Shown: in pieces, positions 12,836-24,695 of the stretch
Layout: each line of letters starts with the position of its first letter
Numbering within the stretch: position 1 is the first letter of the stretch
Assembly (NCBI GenBank): GCA_000934665.2
Contig: JYFJ02001216.1
Span: 1-64,000, forward strand
Reading direction: 5' to 3'
DNA: 64,000 nucleotides
Source of the DNA: Catajapyx aquilonaris
Lineage: Eukaryota
Position numbers and translations under genes: made by a program
Notes under the pieces: generated by a model
Told to the model about the DNA's origin: nothing
The model's database searches: none
Seen by the model: only the letters and a program-made list of their open reading frames with translations

Positions 12836-14456
12836 ATGAAATACTTCGCAGTCCTTCTCCTTGTCGGCCTTGCCGTCGGTACGTCCCCCGTTTAAAAAAA
12901 CAAAAGTCACGACCATGCTCATGTACCTGTTTCTAATTGACCCACAGCCACCCCTGAGGTCACCGATGACTTCCTGAACGAGCATGCCGGCAAGTTCCTG
13001 ACAGTGAAGCGCACCACCTCCGACAAGGATGACGCCTACGTGAACCTCGATGCCGTCGGTACGTCTTCATTGCACGAATTATGGTCAGTACCCGTATAAA
13101 CCCACGTTCTGTTTTTTAATTTCCAGAGCTGGTCCGAAGCCTTGGCTTCTGCTCCCGCAACCACAAGATGATCGGCGTGGACACCATCGGACCATGCCTG
13201 ACCAGCTACTTCAAGCACAGCCAGGCAGCACCCAGGATGATGCAGAGCTTGCTGAAGAAGGTACACGATTTGCACATATTTTTATGAGGATCAGTTGCGC
13301 TGAATCCAATATTGGGGCTATTTCAGCAACTGGGCGCTGGCAAGGATGTCGAAGTCAAGGTTGACATCGTCGATGACGGCAGCGTGACCAAGGACGGACA
13401 GACCATCACCTGGAATGCCAAGGGAACCATCGCCGTGAACGGCAAGTCTTTCCCTTACGACAGGCAGGGACAGGCCCATTTCGGTAAGGGAAGCGTCACC
13501 GCCGTCGAGGATATCACCTCCAAGGGTGACAGCTACTCATACGGAGCCGCCACCAACGTTCATGTAAGTATTCGCCTGGTTTATACTATAGGATGTTAAC
13601 TATGCCGACGACACCTGCAGGTTGACTTCAACGCAGTCAAGGACTCGTCTGGCAACGTGGCCGTCGAGGCCGTCGTCAGCGGCAACAACGAGGGAGGCGT
13701 GAGCATCACGACCTCAGATGGCTCCAACATCCTCGCCGAGCATCTTGGACAGCTGACCATCCACGCTCACGCTGGAGCAGCCAAGAAGGACAACGTCGTC
13801 TACGTCGTCACCGAGGCCGCCGTGTCCTCCACCAACGGAGACGCCGTCCACACCAAGAAGTCCGATGGAACCATCACCCACGTCCACTCTTCCTCTTCCG
13901 GGGGACTCGATGTCATTGAGGGCGTCAACATCACTCTGGCCAACCCCGTCGATGTAAGTCCTGTCAATGACGATAACTGGCTGGTATGTAATTGTTGTGT
14001 GATTATTTAAAGGTGTCTGCTGCTGCCTTGTTCGCTGGCCGTAGTGCCCACATCGCCGACAAGCCCGACTTCCGCTCTGCCACCGAGGGTGGTGCCAGGT
14101 CCACCGCCAAGATCACCCCAGCAGGAGCTGGCAAGATCTCCATCGCCGGTCACGATGAGGTTGGCACCAAGACTGAGGTCAGCGACTACCAGGACAACGT
14201 GCTCGCCACCATCGAAGCCGGAGCCGAGAGCGACAACACCTTCAACATCGCCGTCGACCTGAACGCCAAGACCCTGAACGTGGAGAGCAGCAGCAAGTTC
14301 GACGGCAAGGTCGTGGTCACCCCAGCCTCCGGATCCGCCGTCACCGTCACCGACGAGGGCACCCTCACCGGAAGCCTCTCCGCCAAGCTCGACAGCGCCA
14401 CCTCCGGAAGCGGACACGCCGAGCAGCACCTCGACGTCACTGTCCACACTGCCTAA
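12836..14456 (+). CDS. Family A gene A6, 433 aa, 6 exons
   Basis: Exons 12836-12878, 12948-13058, 13127-13260, 13327-13563, 13621-13953, 14013-14456 (1302 nt). The first three exon lengths (43/111/134) equal those of A1. CCACCATG start and strong C-ending codon bias. Confidence 0.9.
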
Positions 14457-14870
14457 ACATAGGACTTTCAAGAACCAGCACGGTGTGATAACAGCCAACA
14501 TCCTGTCCATCAAAGCTCTCACAATTACAATGATGCAATAATAAAAATCAGACACAAGCTTTACGAATAATTATCTCTTGTCGCATTTTCAACAATCCTT
14601 TCCTCGCTCTCCAAGCAGCGCAATAATTCCGATTCTGACGTCAAGCAATGGTCGCCACAAATATTGAGAAATAAATAAGGGGACTTGACACAAAAGTGAT
14701 TGTGGAAAAAAACTCAACATTCAGCCTCGTTTCATTAATATACAATATATTGTAATTGATCGAAGAATATGCCATTTCATACGTCACGAATACAGCCTAC
14801 GACACGTTCATTGCCTCAAAAGCTGCCTGCCACATCTACAGTTAGAATTAAAATCGCATAAAAAATTAAC

Positions 14871-15450
14871 TGTAGACCTTCCTCTGGCCTGAACATCACA
14901 CTGTACTTCGATTTTGTGGAGGACGGCACCATATGATGCGAAGGACAAGACTGGATCTTCGATAGGAATGCTTCGTACGCCGGAGAAATATTATTATGTA
15001 ACGTGCTGAAACACCCTTCCAAATGTCATCGGAGGCAACCTTCGAATCCCTCGCACCGATGTCCGTTATTCCTCCAAGGGGTCAGCCAGGTCATCAGCCA
15101 GCCTGACCCTTGCCCACGGAAAGATGTCCGTCGCAGGTCACAACGAGCTGGAAATGAAGACTGACCTGAGAGATTACCAGGACACCTTGCTGCTCGTCAC
15201 AGTGACTAAAGCCGAGTCTGACAACCAAGTTTGCTTGACCGTCAAGGGTGATGCCCATAAGTCCGCTGACCTGGAGGTCAAGGTCAACTTCAGCGGAAAG
15301 ACTGCGGCCATCCCAGAGAACGGATCTGGAACAGTCACCGTCGCCAATAAGGGCACCTTCACAGGCACAGTCACGGCCAAAGACAACGGGGACAACACAG
15401 CCCAAGGTCACACCGAACAATACCTCAAAGTCAACATACAGCAATACTAA
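14871..15450 (+). pseudogene. Family A pseudogene A7 (truncated duplicate of A9)
   Basis: Matches 27025-28113 but lacks exons 1-3. It has TGA at 14934-14936 (AGA in A9), a ~490-nt deletion in exon 4 and smaller deletions. Confidence 0.9.
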
Positions 15451-15523
15451 AGTACAATTTTGAGCAATAAAATGTGACATACAGCAATTGAATATTGCGC
15501 ACTAATTTATCTAAACAGCGCAT

Positions 15524-15728
15524 TCCAATCCGCAGTTTTTCGCGCTAACCTGATTATTTTTAATCAGTTACTTTGTAGATAAAAATTAGCAACTTATGTT
15601 AGAAAGTTACACATAACTGATCGTCAACTTTCATCGTCATCATTACGATGTTTCTGGACTATTTGACACATAATTGTGTTCCTATTTAAGCAACAGATTA
15701 CACGTGTAAATAGGACTGGGCGGTTGGC
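15524..15728. mobile_element. Small insertion, possibly an old MITE, absent from the paralogous A9 3' flank
   Basis: The A9 flank reads acagcgcat-cactttg uninterrupted. Here ~205 nt lie between imperfect 8-bp repeats CAGCGCAT and TAGCGTAT, with weak inverted ends. Confidence 0.4.
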
Positions 15729-16777
15729 TAGCGTATCACTTTGAATTTTCATCCTGGAATACACGCAACCCACAAGCACAAGCCCATACAGTAAGTCCCC
15801 CTCAAAAACGCACTCGTAAAAAACGCGCCAAGTCTTCCGCCGAAAAAACCTGTGAGATAATGTCTGGGAGCCAAGCCTTGTCCACTCCGCCGTACAAAGT
15901 CGTGAGATCGTGGTGGACGCCAAGCCTTTCTTCGAGGCTATAAGCTAAGCGAGATGACTTGGCCGGACTTGGTTCACGGGCACGAGGAACAATATACGCG
16001 TTCAGTTCGCTCGGCCAATATAATAGGGGAAGGAGCGCGTTGAGGGCAGCTAATGCAGGTGACCCTATGTTCCGACTAGCGTGGAATGCTGACCACGACA
16101 GCCAGTTCATACAAGGTTCAGTGGTTGCCAACCTTTTCGTCATGGAGCCCCCCCTTTTCGTTTTCGCCAAACACTCCCCCCCCCTCCCCCCCCCCGGTCC
16201 CAATAAATTTCAGCAAGAGTTTCTTGAAATATGTTTTCATAGCCGAGGAATGAGAACTTGTCGAAAAATGGGAAAAGGGGGTTCAAGGTCACACAAGTTT
16301 AGGTGAATGTAGCTGACAAAGTATAGTGGAATCCCCTTCATATTTCCAGCAGCGCCAAGCGGAAATGTGACATTATGTTACTTATTTCTCATGGCCTCAA
16401 GCCATCATCCCACCACAACGTGTATTAATATTATTACCCAACCCAATGCAGATAACGTAAATATAACATTGCCAACGTGTTCAACGACCCCGAAAACGTA
16501 CGAATACACAGTTCATGTGTACACCAGAGAGCCCACAAATACAGAACAATTCAAACATTATTCACATTCTTGTTCTTGATAATAATATTAAAGCAACTTA
16601 AAGATGATTACCACAGAGATAATCATTCGCTTTTAATTAACATACGCCGCACACCCTTATCTATACAAACTGGTTTTATCCGCACTGTCTTCACTAAATT
16701 ACAGGGTGCACAATTCAATGTATTGCAAGGTGATAAATCATAAATGTAACAGGATGAGTTGATATTGGACTGATTAG

Positions 16778-18820
16778 CTAAAACACAGGCCAACACTGGC
16801 TCAACACACCTGATGTCAAGAGTTCGGCAAAGAAACCCACGAGACTCATGCCCCAAGAAAAAACAAAGAGGAAATAGAGAGCACCGCTCAGCTGACTAAA
16901 GTTGAGGGCCATCGACCTTAGGTACAATAGGTCCTTCTTTCGAGCATCTCTTATTCCCATGGTCAGGCAGGCATACTCGAAGGCTCTCCGGAACTTCTCG
17001 TGTACACCGGACTCTCTGACGTACTTGAGCATCCGGCTCATGATCGGGAATATCAGGCTGTGCTTCTCGGTCAGGATAGAACCGGTCACAATTACGTCTC
17101 TTTCCTGTGCAAATTTTGTGGGCAGATTACCCGCCTTGTCCGCAAACTGATAACAACCGGCCACCAGGATGTCGTAAGTGACAATGCAGCAGTGGTCGGA
17201 GTTGATGGCCTCGAGAACACACATGTTGAGGTCCACATGATCCGTCATTTCCCTGGCAGCAGATGCGAAGTACTCCAGTCCCAGGAGAGCACTGTGGGCG
17301 TAAGGTTTGAAGAATCCTATCGTCCCCCAACTCCACCTGGGCCAATCCTGGTGCTCCCTGTATGTCTCCGGGAGTTCCTCCATCAAGGGAGAGGTCAGGA
17401 AGCCGAAGTAGAGGGCCTCGTACCCACAGATGATGACCAGGGATAAGGCCCACCAGAAGGAGATGAATATTCGGGGTAGTTGGGTGGAGGGGACCAGGTT
17501 CGGGTTCTCTTCGATCAGGGTGGAGGAGAGGTACCTCAGGGAGTACAGGAGGAGGCGGGGGAAGGACCAGGGGCGGCCAGGGAAGGGGGGGAGGGGACTC
17601 CACTTCAAGAGGAGGGCGAGGACTGCGCTGCCTAAGACTACGGAGACCATCACCATCGCCCACATGTCCGGAGTGTACGGTCGGAGCATCGCGTTCCAGG
17701 TGTAGCTCACTCGAGGGGCCCTGGTTACGAACGTGATGGTGGCAAACGCATGGGGAAAACTAATGTCGACCACCAGGGACATGCGATCTTTATTCAATGT
17801 TATTCCGAACACTGCTTTTCTTCGGAGGATGACTCCTGTTGCTCCGGTGTAGTTTCCGTCTGGCAGAGGAACATCCGGTATCACCCCGTCTTCCCCCTCG
17901 GGGGATTCCAAGACCCAGTCGTAATTCATGGCCTGGCTGATGGGCAGGAGGTCCATCATCTCTGGGAACATGGGCAAGTTGTTTTCAAAGAAATACTGAA
18001 GCTCGTTTTTGCTCAGGTCCAACAAGAATGATCCGTTGAGAAATCGGTTGTGCAGATTCCGGGAATAGTCCGGGAAGATATCCAGTCCGGACGGAGTCAC
18101 TTGTCCTCTTCCGGGGTCGAACCATCCCCTCGTGACCACCCCGGGATGACCCCCCTTGCAAAAGTGGCAGTTGGAGAGCAGCCCGACCATCCCTGGATGA
18201 CCTCCCTGGACCCCAGAGGAGGTGTCCACCCCCGCCAGGAAGAGGAACCTCTCCGTGACCCCGTGCAGCATGACCTCCTCCAGCCCCCTCCCTCCCCCCT
18301 CGCTGACCCACACAACGAACTTGTCCCTTCCCGTCTGGATGGAGACCAGTCTGGCCACCTGCTCCACCAGTGACCTCGGGTCATGGTGGTGGTCGGATGA
18401 TGATGGTGACCCGAAGAGCAAGAGCAGGTACACCGCGCACTTGTGCTCCACCGCACCAGGTCTGTGCAACCAAGAGAACCAGTACTCGAACTGACCTGAG
18501 TTGACCTGGTGTGACCCCCTCTTCTGCCGGGTCACGGTGGTGGTGGTGACGGGCAGCACTGGGGTCACCCCCACCCGGTGTATCCTCCTGATGAACCCGG
18601 ATAGTTCAGGCCCGTTGAACCTTCTTCCTTGGTCCGTGGCAGGCACCAAAAGGCAAGAAGGGTACATCCGGCTGACCAAATGGACAAACTCAGTCACTCG
18701 AAACAACTCACTGTCCTCTGGTGATCTAAGGTCAAGGGTGACCTTCCCCTCTCCACCCTTCCCCACTACCAGCGCCCACAAGACGAGCAGCATGAGGACT
18801 GGCAACGAATATGACTCCAT
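16778..18820 (-). CDS. Divergent ionotropic receptor (IR, variant iGluR chemoreceptor), 680 aa, intronless
   Basis: Signal peptide; S1 region GNYTGATGVILRRKAVFGI...VDISFPH...TFVTRAP; pre-M1/M1 LRPYTPDMW; RIFISFWW...GYEALYFGFLT (equivalent of SYTANLAAFLT); S2 ...ESGV; last TM LNFSQLSGALYFL...FFAEL. Confidence 0.9.
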   Translation of the reverse strand: MESYSLPVLMLLVLWALVVGKGGEGKVTLDLRSPEDSELFRVTEFVHLVSRMYPSCLLVPATDQGRRFNGPELSGFIRRIHRVGVTPVLPVTTTTVTRQKRGSHQVNSGQFEYWFSWLHRPGAVEHKCAVYLLLLFGSPSSSDHHHDPRSLVEQVARLVSIQTGRDKFVVWVSEGGGRGLEEVMLHGVTERFLFLAGVDTSSGVQGGHPGMVGLLSNCHFCKGGHPGVVTRGWFDPGRGQVTPSGLDIFPDYSRNLHNRFLNGSFLLDLSKNELQYFFENNLPMFPEMMDLLPISQAMNYDWVLESPEGEDGVIPDVPLPDGNYTGATGVILRRKAVFGITLNKDRMSLVVDISFPHAFATITFVTRAPRVSYTWNAMLRPYTPDMWAMVMVSVVLGSAVLALLLKWSPLPPFPGRPWSFPRLLLYSLRYLSSTLIEENPNLVPSTQLPRIFISFWWALSLVIICGYEALYFGFLTSPLMEELPETYREHQDWPRWSWGTIGFFKPYAHSALLGLEYFASAAREMTDHVDLNMCVLEAINSDHCCIVTYDILVAGCYQFADKAGNLPTKFAQERDVIVTGSILTEKHSLIFPIMSRMLKYVRESGVHEKFRRAFEYACLTMGIRDARKKDLLYLRSMALNFSQLSGALYFLFVFSWGMSLVGFFAELLTSGVLSQCWPVF

Positions 18821-19243
18821 CGTGACTAGTCCTCGCCGGGTCTTATAGTAGCCTTTTTATGCCCTTCGCCGAATAAAATCTGGCCGTCAATTTTGCCCTT
18901 CCAATGCCATAACTTGCGTCCATTTTAAGCCCACGGTTGGAATGAAACATTTTCTGGAACCATAAAAATTGCTCCCTCAATCTGGCAAGTATCTTACCAA
19001 GTGACCTAATTGCTAATCGCCAACTTTTGTCGTTGCAATAGTAGCAAATTACACCTTAGGCCCCACCAGCTACTAGCGTCACTCTCTTGTCGGCACATGT
19101 ATGTCAAATGTCACTAATAATGACATTAAATGATGCCTTTTGATCTCATTTTGGGCATTATTGCTGCTGCTCTTCAAGCAATTCAGAGCGATTTGGTTGT
19201 TGTTGCCACATAGAATGTCAGCAAGCTACCATTAAGTTATGTA

Positions 19244-19454
19244 CACCCGCGAGCATAAAGATAGAGACGGAAAGCTCTCACCTTCGGCAGGCTGCTCTGC
19301 CAATCTCAGCTATTACGGTATCAAATATACTTACATAAATACACGAACACACGCATGAAGCAGCTAACTCGGTCCAAAAAGAGTTCATTAATTTGAGTCT
19401 GATAAAAAAAGGTCGAAAAAGGGCCTGCCGTCTCCATCTTTATGCTCGCGGGGG
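19244..19454. mobile_element. MITE (Tc1/mariner type), 211 bp, upstream of the IR gene
   Basis: TIRs CACCCGCGAGCATAAAGATAGAGACGG and CCGTCTCCATCTTTATGCTCGCGGGGG (2 mismatches), flanked by TA on both sides. Confidence 0.8.
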
Positions 19455-21599
19455 TACATAATAATCATCGGTTCATCCTTTGTATGGTATGTGTTTGATA
19501 ACTCTGGAGAATATTTCGTCTCCCAGCAGTAATGCGTACTTCTGAAGAGAACAGCTTATAGTATTTGCCATGACATCAAGCCAAAATTATTAATTCTGCC
19601 GGTCACTTCCGTCATTTACATAATTATTGTATCATAATAATGTTGTTGTCGTCATTTCCATTAATTAGAGTTTAACTGGGTTCAACTGCTTCACTGAAAG
19701 GATGCCACACGTGTATACCTGTGTTGTTACGCGTGCTGCTCATTAATTTTTAAGGAGGTTTATCGATCATGAGGCATGGCCACGTGGCCTGGAGGCGCAG
19801 CATCCGTAGGCTACTATACAAACATCAGCAAGGAGCAAGTGTATAGGTGAATATCAAAATAATAAAAATGATATGATTTTAAATGCATCCGTTATACACG
19901 TGCTGCTTCGTTCTTTTTATCCCTTCAAACTCAGAGATGGGAACCAGATGGGAACTTACCGACCAGACGTAGCCTGCTGGGTGGTTCCATTTCAGATCAT
20001 CCCGTGAGTGACAAAAGGTGACAGGTCATAGTAATAGATTTTTTTTCAAAAAAATATATGTGAAACCCACATCCAATTGAACTCTTGTGGAGCAATCAGT
20101 TTTACGAGATTAAATTTAGTTGTAGAGATATTCATATTGCGTTTAAGGGGTACCAAAATCACAATCAGCACGGGAAGGTGCGCTTTTTCCATTGCTTTCA
20201 ATGAGTATATTTCAGGAACTGTTCTGGAAACCAACATGAAATTTTAAACTCGTGCTTTTGGAATGACACAATGTTATGTAATGCATAAATGTACAGTACC
20301 TCATTTAATGGTACAGTCACCTGCAAAAAATCTCAAATCTTGCATATTTTGGTCAAAATGCGCATATTTCGCAATTTATTACGCCGCTATGGTAAACGTG
20401 ACGGATGTGCTGATTATATTTTGTGATATTCTCGGTGACCCCCTCCAGGTTATAAAATAAAACCTTTGTTAGCTCCGCGTGTAGTTGAGATATGCGAGGT
20501 GAAAATATGGCAACAAGCGAAAACAGGCACATTTCAAAAAATATTTTTTCAAAAAATTCATTTCTAATTTTTAATTGAAATTTTTTTCTTTTATAAGAAC
20601 GAACATGCTGTAAAATTAACTGGTGTCGAAACACGGTATATATTTTTTATACGTGAGATATAAATTTTTGTAAAGTGACAACTTTCGTAATTGTGCTGCA
20701 AAATTCACACTTCAAATAATGAAGGGGTCGGTGCAATACTGTCCTAACCCACCAAATGACACAAATTGAGTTTCGCGCACTTCCATACACTACACTCAAA
20801 TATCTAATAAAGTACACTGAGATTGTCCAGTTTCTGCCATTTGTCGGTGAGAAATCAAACAATGTTTTTCTTGCTGCAAGGTTATGAATAACTTTTTTGC
20901 AGCCAAACCGCCCTAACCCTCCATCTTCAAATACGGCAGCGAGTTAGGTTGCAGCTGCGAGTAGCTGTGTCTCACGAGTCGGGCTTAAATAATGAGCTTT
21001 TGCCTGATGACACCGATGTGGATGAGAGCACCTAAGATTCAGAGTTCGATCCTGATAATGATGATGTGCAAAGTAGTAGTCAATTGCAGCAAAATAATAA
21101 TAATAGTTGAGTCTTTCCATGTCAAGACAGACAAGTTGGTGGCTCGACCATCTCATAATTTGATAATTATATAAAAATTATTGAAGTGTTGCCAAAAATA
21201 AAGTTTAGAGCCTCCCAGGTGAAAATCCCACGGAGATATGGCAACGTCTTTCAGAAACAATGGAGACGGAAGGTCCATTTATTTCAGGTGAAGTTATTGT
21301 TGTACCCTCATGTTCATATTATATCAAATGAACTGTTGTGAGATGAGGAACATTTTGTGGCAACGTGTTTAACCTAGATTGTGAAATAAAAATGCTAAAA
21401 AATAGCATTATTGTGCAAAACGGACACATTTCATATGGTCCAATGTTATTGTTAAACACATGCTAAGCGTGTGGAATTAATATGGTAGGTACATTGTCAT
21501 TACTACTGATCTCCTGTGGGTGAGGACAGCGGCGGCACGGCGGGTTATCCTTTGTCCACGGTCTAGCTCCATTCAAGGGTACCAGATTAAGTTCTCATC

Positions 21600-21925
21600 A
21601 TAAAAAGACTGGTCCCAGGCCTTAGGACTATAGGCCTCGCTGAAGAACGTCTCCAGTTGGGCTGCTGGGATGGAACACTGCTGCCCCTCCCCCTCCAACA
21701 GCAGTCGGATGGCCCGTTTCCGATTCCTTTTGTATAGCTATTCTGCACGGATTTCGGGTCCTCAACGTCCATCTTTTTGCTTTTTCCTGGGCTCCGTGAT
21801 GTTGGTAGGCGTAGGAATATGCGCCGTCAGCTCCTCCAGGACCGCCTCAAATTGGACACATGCCTCCGGGCACCTCCCTCTTCCATGGATGCGGGCAAAA
21901 TGCTTGTTCAGTAGTTGTGCTAGTC
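21600..21925 (-). mobile_element. Degenerate fragment of an RLE-type (R2/NeSL/Utopia-like) non-LTR retrotransposon ORF
   Basis: Frameshifted minus-strand translation ...DVEDPKSVQ/LYKRNRKRAIRLLLEGEGQQCSIPAAQLETFFSEAYS resembles the conserved basic motif preceding the RT domain in these elements. Recognised by eye. Confidence 0.6.
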
Positions 21926-22036
21926 AAAGATTATTTATTTAGTATACATTGCTATGCAACACTTCACATTATTGTAATAATTGTTGTAATATTGTTGCAG
22001 GATGCAATCTGTGTTTTTTTGTTTTTTTTCTTGTGA

Positions 22037-22357
22037 TAATGGCCATCATCCTGAACCTGGATGGCCGACTTTCAATATCATAATTTTCCTGGAGGTTTGG
22101 AAGCAGGACCTATTTTCCTGCAATATTTGGTGCTTCCAGCATAGCTGGATGTACCCGAACATTTCCGTCTTTCATTGCTCATTGTTGCTGGATGAAATCT
22201 GAATTTTTATTGTTATAATGGCCACCATCCTGAACCAGGATGGCCGACTTTCAATATCTGAATTTTCCCGGAGGTTTGAAAGAATGAAAGCAGGACCTAT
22301 TTTTGTGCCAAATTTGGTGCTTCCAGCGTAGCTGGAAGTACCTGAACATTTGCGTCC
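22037..22357. repeat. Imperfect direct repeat, two ~135-bp units, period ~179 bp
   Basis: TAATGGCCA(T/C)CATCCTGAACC(T/A)GGATGGCCGACTTTCAATATC...GAAGCAGGACCTATTTT...TTTGGTGCTTCCAGC..AGCTGGA at 22037 and 22216. Confidence 0.8.
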
Positions 22358-22845
22358 CAAATCCTATATTGTTATAGCCAGGAAAATAGCCTTGTTTGGG
22401 CGTTTATGAACCGGAGACAGTTTGTCCAAAATTCATGATTTTTTTAAAAAATGGGGTCCGTCCCGCTGTAAGACCAGACCAGGCCATGTAAATCTCAGAC
22501 CTCCAGCCTTACTGACCCAGTCCCGAGTTACAAGGGGCTCGTGTGTAGAGTAACGAGGGGGTTAGTGTAAAGGAAGGGGCAGTGCGGGTGGGTGGGAGGA
22601 GACTTGGTAGTGGTAAAGTCCGCCGGTATCTCACCAGCCCCGATTTATTTCAAGAGTGTTTGCTATTTCACACATCATCATTTCCTCTGATTGCGAGTCA
22701 CACGGTTCGTAATGTACCCGCCAGGACTGGAACGATGAGAGAGCAATAAAAAAGTGCAGATCTGTAGACAAGAAATGAAATAAAAGTCGGTGCCGTCCGT
22801 CAGCACTTCGGAGTTTTGATACGTGCCTGATCTGTCCACGTAACC

Positions 22846-24482
22846 ATGAAATACTTCGCAGTCCTTCTCCTTGTCGGCCTTGCCGTCGGTACGTCCCCCG
22901 TTAACAAAACAAAAGTCACGACCATGCTCATGTACCTGTTTCTAATTGACCCACAGCCACCACTGAGGTCACCGATGACTTCCTGAACGAGCATGCCGGC
23001 AAGTTCCTGACAGTGAAGCGAACCACCTCCGACAAGGATGACGCCTACGTGAACCTCGATGCCGTCGGTACGCCTTTATTGCACGAATTATGGTCAGTAC
23101 CCGTATAAACCCACGTTCTGCTTTTAAATTTCCAGAGCTGGTCCGAAGCCTTGGCTTCTGCTCCCGCAACCACAAGATGGTCGGCTTGGACACCATCGGA
23201 CCATGCCTGACCAGCTACTTCAAGCACAGCCAGGCAGCACCCAGGATGATGCAGAGCTTGCTGAAGAAGGTACACGATTTGCACATATTTTTATGAGGAT
23301 CAGTTGCGCTGAATCCAATATTGGGGCTATTTCAGCAACTTGGCGTTGGAAAGGATGTCGAAGTCAAGGTTGACATCGTCGATGACAGCAGCGTGACCAG
23401 GGACGGACAGACCATCAGCTGGAATGCCAGGGGAACCATCGTCGTGAACGGCCAGACTGTCCCTTACCACAGGACGGGACAGGTTCATTTCGGTAAGGGA
23501 AGCGTCACCGCCATCGAGGATATCTCCTCCAAAGGTGGCAACTACCAGTTCTCAGCCGCCGCCAACGTTCATGTAAGTATTCGCCTGGATTATACTATAG
23601 GATGTTAACTATGCCGACGACACCTGCAGGTTGACTTCAACGCAGTCAAGGACCAGTCTGGCAACGAGACCGTCGAGGTCGTCGTCAGCGGCAACAACGA
23701 GGCTGGCTTGAGCATCACGACCTCAGACGGCTCCAACTTCCTCGCCGAGTATCTTGGACAGCTGACCATACACGCTCACTCTGGAGCCGCCGAGAAGGAC
23801 TACGTCGTCTCCGTCGCAACCGAGGCCGCCGTGTCCTCCGCCAACGGATACTCAGTCCACACCAAGAAGTCCGATGGAACCATCACCCACGTCCACTCTT
23901 CCTCTTCCGCGGGACTCGATGTCATTGAGCACGTCAGCGTCACTCAGTCCAACCGGTATAACCCCGTCGTCTATGTAAGTCCTGTCAATGACGTTAACTG
24001 GCTGGTATGTACGATAATTGTTGTGTGATTATTTAAAGGTGGAAGCTGGTGCCTCGTTCGCTGGCCGTGGTGCCCACATCTCCGACAAGCCCGACTACCG
24101 CTCCGCCACCCAGGGTGGTGCCACGTCCAGCGTCAAGATCACCCCAGCAACAGTTTGCAAGTACTCCATCGCCGGTCACGATACGGTTGGCAGCAGGACT
24201 GTGCTTAGCGACTACCAGGACAACGTGCTCGCCACCGTCAACGCCGGAGTCGCTAGCGACGACACCTTCAACATCGCCGTCGACCTGAAAGCCAAGACCC
24301 TGAACGTGGAGAGCAGCAGCAAGTTCGACGGCGCGGTCGGGGTCACCCCAGCCTCCGGATCCGCCGTCAACGTCAACTACGATGGCACCCTCACCGGAAG
24401 CCTCTCCGTCAAGCTCGACAGCGCCACCTCCGGAAGCGGACACGCCGAGCAGCACCTTGACGTCACTCTCCACACTGCCTAA
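22846..24482 (+). CDS. Family A gene A8 (recent duplicate of A6), 6 exons
   Basis: Signal peptide MKYFAVLLLVGLAVA and intron positions identical to A6. All exons are open; ends GHAEQHLDVTLHTA. Confidence 0.9.
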
Positions 24483-24629
24483 ACATAGGACTTTACACGA
24501 ACCAGCACGGTGTGATAACAGCCAACATCCTGTCCATCAAAGCTCTCACAATTACAATGATGCAATAATAAAAATCAGACACAAGCTTTACGAATAACCA
24601 CTTTTTGTCGCATTTTCAACAATCCTCTC

Positions 24630-24634
<5 letters not shown>

Positions 24635-24671
<37 letters not shown>

Positions 24672-24695
24672 NCACACACACACACACACACACAC
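24635..24695. repeat. Compound microsatellite (CT)n-N-(CA)n
   Basis: Seen directly; ambiguous base at 24672. Confidence 0.95.

Larger units (their letters stand above)
12608..15798 (+). repeat. Segmental duplication copy 1 (internally deleted copy of 22610-28249)
   Basis: Promoter, introns and 3' flank of A6 are near-identical to those of A8. The copy then jumps to sequence matching A9 exon 4, the last exon of A9 and its 3' flank. Confidence 0.9.

Noticed and set aside
14007..14555. Long antisense and alternative-frame ORFs over family A exons (also 24033-24473, 8415-8918, 1969-2331)
   Set aside because: Shadow ORFs produced by strong codon bias on the sense strand; no independent gene signals.
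16902..18848. Multiple ORFs overlapping the IR gene
   Set aside because: GC-rich shadows of the 680-aa IR frame.
20313..20830. Tc1-like terminus CAGTCACCTGCAAAA and transposon-like sequence
   Set aside because: No matching opposite TIR or coding remnant found, so boundaries are unsupported.
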